Assembly (NCBI GenBank): GCA_044352465.1
Contig: JBILDU010000053.1
Coordinates: forward strand, 1-20,619
Direction: 5' to 3'
DNA from: Bdellovibrionota bacterium
GTDB taxonomy: Bacteria > Bdellovibrionota_C > UBA2361
DNA length: 20,619 bases
This document shows positions 1 to 7,970 of the stretch, one piece after another (the first letter of the stretch is position 1; every line of letters begins with the position of its first letter). The notes beneath the pieces are model-generated. The model was not told the origin of the DNA and did no database searches. It saw nothing but the letters and a program-made list of their open reading frames with translations. Made by a program: the position numbers and the translations under genes.

Positions 1-1
1 G

Positions 2-790
2 AAAGCAACCGTTCATTGGGCGGAGCGATTCTTTCTTGAAGGGCCTAAAAAACGGTATCAAGACCTCTCCATGGCGGTGCGGATCTTCATCGAGTTCATC
101 CGTGGTTTTCGCGAGCTCCATTTTGTTGGACCGTGTGTCACCGTCTTCGGCTCCGCTCGGTTCGGGGAAAACGATCCCGCGTATCAACTCGGAAGGAGGA
201 TGGGGCGCGCCATCGCTGAACTGGGCCTCACGGTTATGACGGGCGGTGGGCCCGGTATTATGGAGGCAGCGAACCGCGGGGCTAAGGATGTCGGGGGATT
301 CTCGGTAGGATGCAATATCAAGCTTCCGGTCGAGCAGATGCCGAACCCATATCTCGATCGATGGGTGGAGTTTCGGTACTTCTTCGTACGGAAGATGATG
401 CTGATGAAGTATTCGTACGCATTCGTAGCGCTGCCCGGGGGGTACGGCACCCTCGACGAGGTATTCGAGGCGGCAACACTTATTCAGACGGGCAAAATTA
501 AAGACTTCCCCCTGATCCTCATGGGGCGAGAGTACTGGCTGCCGCTCATCGAATTCCTACGGACCCAACCGCTGGATCACGGAGCGATCTCAAGCGCAGA
601 TCTCGCGCGGATCGTTTTAACCGACTCGATTGAGGAAGCGATCGAGCTGATTAAGACAAGTAGTGTCAAAAAGTTTGGCCTGCGCCTCCGGCGTGAGGCT
701 CAAGCAAGGCGGTGGCTCGGTGAGAAAGCTATCAACGGCGAATCTGAGTCAAAGCACACGGCGCCACTCCCTCCGCGAGATCCATCATAA
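2..790 (+). CDS. LOG family protein (TIGR00730-type nucleotide 5'-monophosphate phosphoribohydrolase), probably 5'-truncated by the window edge
   Basis: Motifs VTVFGSAR, TGGGPGIMEAANRGA, FRYFFVRK and the LOG signature PGGYGTLDE. The frame is open from base 2 (KATVHWAERFFLEGPKKRYQDLS-M71), so the true start may lie upstream of the window rather than at ATG 71. Confidence 0.93.
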   Translation, partial: KATVHWAERFFLEGPKKRYQDLSMAVRIFIEFIRGFRELHFVGPCVTVFGSARFGENDPAYQLGRRMGRAIAELGLTVMTGGGPGIMEAANRGAKDVGGFSVGCNIKLPVEQMPNPYLDRWVEFRYFFVRKMMLMKYSYAFVALPGGYGTLDEVFEAATLIQTGKIKDFPLILMGREYWLPLIEFLRTQPLDHGAISSADLARIVLTDSIEEAIELIKTSSVKKFGLRLRREAQARRWLGEKAINGESESKHTAPLPPRDPS

Positions 791-1478
791 AAGCTCGCGA
801 CGTCTCCGGATCGTAATAGATCCTCTTCCAAAGCCGAATCAATCGAGCAAATTCGATCGACTCCAGCGGGGTAGACTCGAGATCCCCCAAGCTTCTCCCG
901 ACAACGACTTGTTCGCCACAATCACGGGGCGACCAGCTCATCCCGAGACGAACTCCTGCCTTCGCGCCCTGAAAGGTGAGCTGTCCATCGGGACTCAAAG
1001 CGTACGTATCCTCTGCGGCGTTGCCTCTGATCGCATCAACGAGCGCCGCCCACTCGGTGTTAAGGACCACGGTCGAGCCAAGCAGCACCAAAATATCTTT
1101 CCCGCTCATGAACAGAAACGGAGTCCCCCCATCCCGCGCAAAGGCAACCGCACTCTTTGGACTGAGTTCGATCGTCACCGCACCTCCGACTGTGCGCTTA
1201 TCCCCTCTATCATCGACAAAGGCGGTGAATCCGCGGCCTAACTCACCGGCTAAAAAGAATGAGAGGATCTCAGCGGCCGAGGCAGTGCTCGGGTCAAACG
1301 TCCTTAGGTCGAGCGTCCCTTTCTTTTCAGAGACCGCAATAAACAACCCTAGCGCAGTTCGGGCCACGATTGTGTCACCCGCACTGAAGAGATTCCCGCT
1401 CACCGCCACATCCGCCCGCACAAGCGGTACCCACACCAGCGCTGCAGCGAGAAAAAATAAATTGAAAAGCTTCCCCAT
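732..1478 (-). CDS. Hypothetical secreted protein (248 aa), no recognisable domain
   Basis: ATG start and a classical Sec signal peptide (MGKLFNLFFLAAALVWVPLVRA|D). Natural-looking composition, unlike the overlapping + strand ORFs. Its 3' end overlaps the LOG gene by 59 nt. Confidence 0.72.
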   Translation of the reverse strand: MGKLFNLFFLAAALVWVPLVRADVAVSGNLFSAGDTIVARTALGLFIAVSEKKGTLDLRTFDPSTASAAEILSFFLAGELGRGFTAFVDDRGDKRTVGGAVTIELSPKSAVAFARDGGTPFLFMSGKDILVLLGSTVVLNTEWAALVDAIRGNAAEDTYALSPDGQLTFQGAKAGVRLGMSWSPRDCGEQVVVGRSLGDLESTPLESIEFARLIRLWKRIYYDPETSRAFMMDLAEGVAPCALTQIRR

Positions 1479-1608
1479 AACACCTGTGGTATCGGCCGAA
1501 CTCAGCGAAGTCTCAACCGGTTAGACCACTTTTACGTATCAAGTGGTTCAACGAAGCTGACGACGAAAATATCGCAGGGATTTAGAACGGGAGCGCCGAC
1601 AACGCGCT

Positions 1609-2913
1609 ATGCGATACGAGCAGATAGAGATCAACCGCCTCGGCTCACAAGGCGAGGTAAAGCGGCGAATTCGTTGCCTCGCGGGGCATATTACCGTCTT
1701 TCGAGCGAACGATCCTCAGCTTTTAAAGCTCTTCGCGAACGGCCTTATGGGTGTAACCGTTCCGGGGGAACGGTTCTCCGTTCTACTGGATAACACACCG
1801 TTCAATGCGGACATCCACCCCCGCATCGGCTACGGCGAGCGTTTTAGCCCCGACGACGTGATGACGGTAGCAGACTATCTCGTTCAAGCGGGTGTACCCA
1901 CCGACGGCGTTGACTCTCTGCTGCTCTCTCACGGCCTCGGCGGACTCTCCCGTGAGGCGTGCAGAAATCTCTCGCCCGAGGAGGATCGGATGGTGCGGCT
2001 CTTAGCTATCGCCTTCTCCGATGCGGGGGTCGTGATTCTCAACGATCCGTTCGCCCTCGTCCCTGAGACGTGGCGTAACACCTTCGCCCGCGATCTTTCC
2101 AATTTCGCTTGGCAAAAGCGCGCCATCGTTGTCGTTCCAGCGCTGTCCGATCGTCCCGATGACTGGATCGAAAACGAAATCGTCTCGCGGATTCAGCTCG
2201 AAGCTCCCCGTAAGAAAACTATCGGCTTCGGGGGCGCCGGTGCGGACGATATCGAAACTCAAAAAATGATCGCGGCGTTGCGTCAAGAAGCGGCAGCGGG
2301 TGTGTCCCCACTTCCGGAGCGTCAGAGCTCCCGAATTGCGCCCGAGAAAGATCTTCTGAAGGGAGGCGGCCCCGGTGCTACGGAGCCAAACCAGCGCGCA
2401 CGGTGGCTTCAATACCTGCGCATCCCCCGGATCCCTGATTTCACTGCACCGGTCGCGATATTAACTTCGACTTTTCTTATCGCGGTGACCGCCACCGTGG
2501 CTGTGCTGTTGCTGCAGCGACCACCGACTCCCGAGAGCTTTATGACGGCTGCGGTGAAGCCGCCGATCGCTGCAACACCGCTGGTGGAAACGAAGCCGCA
2601 GTTAATACTCGAGCGATATCCGGAGGAGATAAGCGCCGCAGTGACGAAAGCGTTTACCGACCCTGACGCTTTACTCGGGGGGCTCCGGTCCCCGCCTCGC
2701 GATGCTCAAACTGCCTCGGCGGCCCCACAAAACAACACGCCCCGCGCAGCATTACCCGCGAGACCGTCTCTACCAGCTCCGCGAGCCCGCATCGAAGCGG
2801 ACGAGGAGGAGACCACATCGGCCGAGGACGAGGCCGAACTTGCCCGACGACGGGAGGAGATTCGTCAACGTTTCATCGAAGCGATTCAACGCCAATCATC
2901 CCAGCAAGAGTAG
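1609..2913 (+). CDS. Membrane-anchored protein: degenerate ABC-ATPase-like N-terminal domain, single TM helix, Pro/Ala-rich and charged C-terminal tail
   Basis: The first ~195 aa follow ABC NBD spacing (GHITVF..., RIGY, MTVADYL, VDSLLLSHGL, LSPEE, VVILNDPF, AIVVV) but Walker A, LSGGQ, the Walker B DE and the H-loop His are absent. Hydrophobic segment PVAILTSTFLIAVTATVAVLLL. A weak SD-like GGGAG lies upstream. Confidence 0.75.
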   Translation: MRYEQIEINRLGSQGEVKRRIRCLAGHITVFRANDPQLLKLFANGLMGVTVPGERFSVLLDNTPFNADIHPRIGYGERFSPDDVMTVADYLVQAGVPTDGVDSLLLSHGLGGLSREACRNLSPEEDRMVRLLAIAFSDAGVVILNDPFALVPETWRNTFARDLSNFAWQKRAIVVVPALSDRPDDWIENEIVSRIQLEAPRKKTIGFGGAGADDIETQKMIAALRQEAAAGVSPLPERQSSRIAPEKDLLKGGGPGATEPNQRARWLQYLRIPRIPDFTAPVAILTSTFLIAVTATVAVLLLQRPPTPESFMTAAVKPPIAATPLVETKPQLILERYPEEISAAVTKAFTDPDALLGGLRSPPRDAQTASAAPQNNTPRAALPARPSLPAPRARIEADEEETTSAEDEAELARRREEIRQRFIEAIQRQSSQQE

Positions 2914-2982
2914 CTGAGCGACCCCCCCCGTCCTCGCGTCGCTCGAGCGCTGCCCAAGCGCACGTCCCGGCCGCGGGCGCTG

Positions 2983-3666
2983 TTAATCATTCAACAACGT
3001 CACCGTCACAAAGTATCCAGCCTCCCCAGCCACAAGGACCGAATAAGGTTTTCCGGCTTCAAAAACCCGCGCACCTGAGAATACGGTTCGATCACCACTG
3101 CGCACCGTGATAGTTTGCGGCCCCGCGGTAATCGGCTGATAGGACGAGGCGGCACCACGGGGGAGATCTACTCCGGTTTCCGCGCCGGTGATCGTCACCG
3201 CAATCGCGGAGGAACTGGCGACCCCGTTCACTACCCGGACCACCCCCTTGCCCCCCGGAATCTCCCCCGGAGTATCGAGGAGAAGCGCGCTTTGAAGGCC
3301 CGTTTCCTCCTCGCCGAAGAGTAGCAGCGAGCGACGCTCGCCCTGTGCTACCACGACATCGAATGCGCCGAGGGTTCGGGCGACTTCGAGCCTCGGCCGC
3401 ACGAGAAGATTCTGTGCTCCGGTGGAGAGCCCCCCATACGCTGAACTCTCGGCGAATCGGGCTGAATCGATAACCCCCTCGCTACTCGAACTCACCACCT
3501 CAACCGGAGGAGCGTCGATAGCGGCGTGGAGTATCCGAACACCTGTTTCGGCGGCTGGCCCCCCGTCATCGCTACCGGAACCACCGCCACCTCCTCCGCC
3601 GCCGCCACACCCAGCGATAAGACCAAAAACGACTCCCATGAGGGCAACTCTTAGCGGCGCTATCAT
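2983..3666 (-). CDS. DUF4397-domain lipoprotein
   Basis: Start revised to ATG 3666, which has SD GAGGAG just upstream. Lipobox LIAG|C is followed by a Gly9 tether. Two repeats typical of DUF4397: VRILHAAIDAPPVEV...YGGLSTG and VRVVNGVASSSAIAV...SSYQPITAG...FEAGKPYSVLVAG. Confidence 0.82.
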   Translation of the reverse strand: MIAPLRVALMGVVFGLIAGCGGGGGGGGGSGSDDGGPAAETGVRILHAAIDAPPVEVVSSSSEGVIDSARFAESSAYGGLSTGAQNLLVRPRLEVARTLGAFDVVVAQGERRSLLLFGEEETGLQSALLLDTPGEIPGGKGVVRVVNGVASSSAIAVTITGAETGVDLPRGAASSYQPITAGPQTITVRSGDRTVFSGARVFEAGKPYSVLVAGEAGYFVTVTLLND

Positions 3667-3873
3667 CTTTACTCCTCTCAGCGGATTTCCAATGGACCTC
3701 TCGACTATCCCTGCCCCCCCCGTTCGTTTCAAGCCCCCTTCGAGCCGGGGGAGCGCCTCCTCTCTCTGCGGTTAGATTTCCCGTGCGTTTTAAACCGCTC
3801 TGTGTGAGAGTCCCCGTCAAGGGGTGCTCGCGTCGCGGGCAGCTCCGAACCGTTTAAATGAAAGGAACATTTT

Positions 3874-4155
3874 ATGCGTACCCTTCTTGTTGCTGCTGTT
3901 TTGTTCGCTCTTCCCGCTATGGCTGAGACCACCACCACGTCGGCTACTCACGATGCTTTGAATAAAGCTGCGGCGACCACCAACAACGCCATCGCTGAAG
4001 CGAACAAAGTAGTCGCTGATGCGAACGCTGCCCTCACCAACACCGAGAAGTCGCTCACCGCTGAGCAGAAGGCCCTCGTCGATGCGAAGACTCACGAGAC
4101 GACGGCGAAGACCGCTGCGCTCGAGGCTGCCCATGAGGCGAAGACCACCCACTAA
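3874..4155 (+). CDS. Small secreted Ala/Thr/Lys-rich predicted helical protein (93 aa)
   Basis: SD AAAGGA upstream, signal peptide MRTLLVAAVLFALPAMA|E, biased codons (GCT/ACC/AAC/AAG), and a strong hairpin immediately downstream. Confidence 0.8.
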   Translation: MRTLLVAAVLFALPAMAETTTTSATHDALNKAAATTNNAIAEANKVVADANAALTNTEKSLTAEQKALVDAKTHETTAKTAALEAAHEAKTTH

Positions 4156-4166
4156 TCGGTGCGTTA

Positions 4167-4199
4167 TCCACCCCGCGGAGGTAGTTGCCGCGGGGTGGA
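4167..4199. terminator. Perfect 12-bp hairpin between convergent genes, probable bidirectional terminator or 3' stabiliser
   Basis: TCCACCCCGCGG (4167-4178) / 9-nt loop / CCGCGGGGTGGA (4188-4199). No long U-tract on either side. Confidence 0.6.
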
Positions 4200-4230
4200 G
4201 TTCCCGCCCACCTACCGCTCTCCACACACC

Positions 4231-6762
4231 TTATCGCTCCGTTCCCCCCAGCCGATCGATCGCTCCCTCGATAAAACGCTCCGCTTCACGTTGGACCGCC
4301 GTCTGCGCCGCTCGCTCAAGAAGCGCACCCACATCAGGTACCACCACCAGTTCGGTGGGTGGGCCCGAAATCCGGAGCGGCAAAACTATCGTCCCCTCAC
4401 GACCGAAGAGCCCCCGAAGCTCGCTCACTCGATCGGCCAGGGCATAGGCAAACTCGCGCTCGAATCCCAACGTGGCGCCGATATCAACCGCTCCCCCGAA
4501 GGCAAATTCCCCCCGCGCACTCAGCGCGAAAAGATCGCTTTCGAGCCTAAGATCCTCCGTGCGCGCCTGCCCCTCACGCAGCGTAATCTCCCCCACGAGC
4601 GAATGAATCGCCGTATCGGGGGCATCGAAATACCGCCGAAAGTTGGGGGGAATAGCTCCCCCGAGTAGATTTCGTAGCAGTGGAATCGCGCCGATCTTTT
4701 CGAGAGCGATCCGCCCGATATTGACCCCGCGCAGCGCTCCCCGCTCGAGCCGTAATACCACCCCGCCCTCGAGCGAGCGGTTCACCTCCTCACCGACCCG
4801 TCCACTGAGCCGCCAGCGAATATCGGAGAGTTCGCCCTGAAGGACACTCGCCCCCCCAGCGGGGTTGAAGGTCCCCATCAACCGTTCAACGGCGAGCCCC
4901 CGCCCCCGCCCGTTCACCTCGAATCGTCGCGGCACCTCCGCGGAGATACTTCCATCAAAAAGCGCCTGACCACCGAAACCTTCGATACTGACCTGCTCCA
5001 ATCGGAGCCCGGTTTGAGCACCGACACCCCCTCCGCTTACCACTACCGGCTCGTCGTTAATCGCCATCCTTAGAGCACGGGTCGACACGCGTATGGTGTC
5101 ACGGAATTGCAAAATCAATTCCCCTGCGATCTTGGTAAAAGAGTGTTCTCCGAAACGAGCAGCGCCGTCGACGATCGAGAGCGGCCCGACCAACTCGACA
5201 GCCCCCCCTTCGACTCGACCTTTAATATCGAACGTCACCTCACCCGCCACGTCGCTCACCCCCTCCGGGGCACCGCCCGCGATCGACACTAATTCGGGTA
5301 ACCCGAACTTCACCGCTGTAAGGGCAAAGAGTCCGCGCTCCCCCTTCAGTTCTCCCCGTACCGTCACCGGCGCCCCACCACCGGCAAACCCAACCGTCAC
5401 CGGCTCCAACACCACCTCAACGGGAGCATCACCACCGCTCACACGCACCTTGCCAGCTCCGTCTTGAAAAGGTGTCCCTCGAAGCGTGCCTGCCCCCCCT
5501 TGAAGATCGGCGGTCACATTCCAGCGGGGCGACTGCTCCTCCTCCAAACGCCAGGAAAACCGCCCTCCAATTGATCCAGCGGTGAGTGCGAGCGGCCCCG
5601 TCTGCGTAGTCGGAACGACGGACCATAACTCAGCGAGAGGCACCGCACCCACCGTTCCACGAATCTCTCCCCGTACCGGCGAGAGATCGAATGCTCCCTC
5701 AATCGTCACCGGACTCCGTCCCGCATTGGTCACTCCGCGGAGGGACTCGACAGCGACTCTCCCACCCCGCTCATTGATGGCTAACTGAACAGCGCCCTTT
5801 AGATCCTCGACTCCGAGATTCCGGTAAGCTACGCGCCCACCGCTCAGTTCGAGCACCCCGTTTACCTTGTAGCGCTTTGGCCCCTCGAGGAGGACGGTCA
5901 CCTTTGGAACAACAGTTCCACCGAGGGTGAGGGGCTCGGCAACCTGAAGCGGCTCGGCTTTTACAAGGCTCTCCACCGCCCGTTGCAAGACCACGAGGTC
6001 CGTTCCGGGAGCAGCCAGGGTGAAACGACCGGTACCGTCGCGACTCCGCCAACTCCCCTCACCGGAAAGCTCGATCCCCTGCCACCGGCCGCGTTGAAGA
6101 TCAAAAGAAACCTCGCCGGTTCTCGTGGAGCTCCGCACCACCCCGAATTCGCCGACTACCTCACCAAGGGGGGTCGGTGCACGCCCGCTCACGGCGAGCG
6201 TCGAGATTTTAAGCTCACCGTCCTCAAATCGAAGCGCACCGGAAAGCCCCACATTCTCGATTATCGTTGGACTTTTCGCGGCTCCCGGAAGGATCTCGAT
6301 ACGCCCACGTTGAACCTCGAACCGCTCGAGTGCGATAAAGAGCGGCACATCCGTCGTTGAGACAGCGCTCTCACCTAACATACCGCGGGGCCGGACCCCC
6401 CGCTCATCGCCGACAAGATCGAGCGTCGGCTCAACAAGCAACACCGAATTGAGCTTCAAATTGCGCCACAAAAGAGGGAGGAGCTCAAAATCGACCCCGA
6501 TCTGTGCGGCTGTCACCGCAGGTTTCCCGCCGCCGAACGAGGCCTTGACGCCGAATATCTCCAGACGGGGCCGCGGTAAAAGGTGCGCCGATATCTTCTC
6601 AGTTGAAACCTTCCCCCCAAGCGCTGCACCGATCCACCCCTCGATCGCACCCCGGTAACGGGCCACGAGTCCATCGATATTCGTTACGAAGAGATACCCG
6701 GTACCGCAAGCCAGCCCCAAGATAACCACAGAGAAGAGAATGAGTTTTTTCAGAAATCGCAT
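4231..6762 (-). CDS. AsmA family / AsmA-like C-terminal domain protein (bridge-like lipid transfer superfamily)
   Basis: N-terminal anchor MRFLKKLILFSVVILGLACGTGYLFV. AsmA N-terminal pattern (IGAALGGKV...HLLPRPRLEI...VDFELLPLLWRNLKLNSVLLVEPTL). Gly-rich beta-strand body. AsmA-type C-terminus (SLEGGVVLRLERGALRGVNI...ARTEDLRL...LPLRISGPPTELVVVPD). Start set at ATG 6762; GTG 6783 is an alternative. Confidence 0.85.
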   Translation of the reverse strand: MRFLKKLILFSVVILGLACGTGYLFVTNIDGLVARYRGAIEGWIGAALGGKVSTEKISAHLLPRPRLEIFGVKASFGGGKPAVTAAQIGVDFELLPLLWRNLKLNSVLLVEPTLDLVGDERGVRPRGMLGESAVSTTDVPLFIALERFEVQRGRIEILPGAAKSPTIIENVGLSGALRFEDGELKISTLAVSGRAPTPLGEVVGEFGVVRSSTRTGEVSFDLQRGRWQGIELSGEGSWRSRDGTGRFTLAAPGTDLVVLQRAVESLVKAEPLQVAEPLTLGGTVVPKVTVLLEGPKRYKVNGVLELSGGRVAYRNLGVEDLKGAVQLAINERGGRVAVESLRGVTNAGRSPVTIEGAFDLSPVRGEIRGTVGAVPLAELWSVVPTTQTGPLALTAGSIGGRFSWRLEEEQSPRWNVTADLQGGAGTLRGTPFQDGAGKVRVSGGDAPVEVVLEPVTVGFAGGGAPVTVRGELKGERGLFALTAVKFGLPELVSIAGGAPEGVSDVAGEVTFDIKGRVEGGAVELVGPLSIVDGAARFGEHSFTKIAGELILQFRDTIRVSTRALRMAINDEPVVVSGGGVGAQTGLRLEQVSIEGFGGQALFDGSISAEVPRRFEVNGRGRGLAVERLMGTFNPAGGASVLQGELSDIRWRLSGRVGEEVNRSLEGGVVLRLERGALRGVNIGRIALEKIGAIPLLRNLLGGAIPPNFRRYFDAPDTAIHSLVGEITLREGQARTEDLRLESDLFALSARGEFAFGGAVDIGATLGFEREFAYALADRVSELRGLFGREGTIVLPLRISGPPTELVVVPDVGALLERAAQTAVQREAERFIEGAIDRLGGTER

Positions 6763-7176
6763 ACGTATCCGCAAAAATCTCACCTCAGGTGAGCCCTCCC
6801 ATACAAGGGGTCCATTTCCCGTGGTGATATTGGGAACCACCGCAGGAAAGGAGTCCTTAAATTATGAACCGCGAGAAAGGCTGCCCACAACGGCTGTTTC
6901 CTACAACGGTGGTATAGTACATAGGTAGAGAGGTATTTTTAAGTCGCGCTTCGAGCTATTTTAAGCAGGTTTGCACACTCAAGGAGCCGCGCGATGATTG
7001 GCGCGGTGAGCGCGAAGCGCTGATGCGATGCGGAGAATGGTGGGTTTAGTGGCGCTGTACGAGCTTGGAGCGATTCAAAAATGGGCCGGTGCCGACGGTG
7101 AACTCGGCGAGCTCAGCCGAGCGGAGCCCATTTTTAAAACTACTTCCAGAATTTCAAAAAAAGATGAGGTATACTT

Positions 7177-7968
7177 ATGAAATCATTCTCGCTCACGACC
7201 ACCGCGCCTCGTTCCATTGGGCGCTTTGTGCTCGCGGCTGGACTCGCTTTTGGTGCGCTCAGCGCCGCACCGGTGTTCGCCCAGATCATGAGTCGTCTCA
7301 CCGTGGAAGTTGAAGATGCGATTCGTCAGATCCCCGACCTCGGACCGCACTCGATCGACATCGAAACCCATCATGGATTCGTTCTTCTCAAGGGAGAAGT
7401 CAGCTCACCTGCCGATGTCTCGCGGGTTCAAGAAGCTGCGTCTAGCATCGCAGGCGTGACCTCAGTGAAGAATGAGCTCGTGGTAAGGCGCCACAAGAAG
7501 ATCGTTTCAAACGGCCCGTCGAGCCGACTCGCGGAGGCGATCCGTTCGCGTATCGCGGCGAACCATTCGGTCGGTCACTATGATCTTGAGATACTCGTCA
7601 CCGGGAATACCGCGGCACTGGTCGGGCAAGTTCTCCGCGAAGAGGACAGCGCCGCCATTGCGCGGATAGCCCGAAGCACTCCGGGGGTCGGCAACCTTGA
7701 CAACCGCCTCACCGTGGCCCCCCCGACAAGCGACCTTGTCGTAACCGCAAATGTTCGGGAAGCCCTAGAAAAAGCGGGGGACGTCGATCTGCAGGGGCTT
7801 GATATCTCTGCGAGTAATGGTGTTGTCACTTTCGCCGGCGTTCGACCCACCCACCGCGAAATCGACCGCATCTTGAGTGTTGCGCTCATGGCCGAGGGGG
7901 TTCAAAATATAAAGAGTGAGATGACCACCGCCCACACTCGCCCTGGAGCCGGACACAGTGGTCGGTGA
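7177..7968 (+). CDS. Periplasmic BON-domain protein (OsmY-like, three BON domains)
   Basis: SD GAGGT and a signal peptide ending PVFA|Q. Three BON repeats: (1) IDIETHHGFVLLKGEV...AGVTSVKNELVV; (2) LEILVTGNTAALVGQV...PGVGNLDNRLTV; (3) SDLVVTANVREAL...ISASNGVVTFAG...EGVQNIKSEM. Confidence 0.9.
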   Translation: MKSFSLTTTAPRSIGRFVLAAGLAFGALSAAPVFAQIMSRLTVEVEDAIRQIPDLGPHSIDIETHHGFVLLKGEVSSPADVSRVQEAASSIAGVTSVKNELVVRRHKKIVSNGPSSRLAEAIRSRIAANHSVGHYDLEILVTGNTAALVGQVLREEDSAAIARIARSTPGVGNLDNRLTVAPPTSDLVVTANVREALEKAGDVDLQGLDISASNGVVTFAGVRPTHREIDRILSVALMAEGVQNIKSEMTTAHTRPGAGHSGR

Positions 7969-7970
7969 AG

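Noticed and set aside
663..1524. Plus-strand ORFs 663-1241 and 976-1524
   Set aside because: Ser/Arg/Pro-rich shadow frames opposite a signal-peptide-bearing gene, with no motifs.
2916..2944. Inverted repeat GAGCGAC/GTCGCTC between convergent genes
   Set aside because: 7-bp stem with a 15-nt loop and no U-tract; too weak to call a terminator.
3584..3606. Poly-Gly tract as a possible slippage or phase-variable repeat
   Set aside because: Encoded by mixed GGC/GGA/GGT codons, so it is a selected flexible lipoprotein tether and not a simple sequence repeat.
3667..3732. Longer TTG start for the DUF4397 gene
   Set aside because: ATG 3666 has a strong SD and yields a normal-length lipoprotein signal peptide.
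3789..3858. tRNA interpretation of the cloverleaf-like element
   Set aside because: No TTC-containing T-loop, no D-loop GG and no 7-nt anticodon loop. Kept only as an unknown structured leader candidate.
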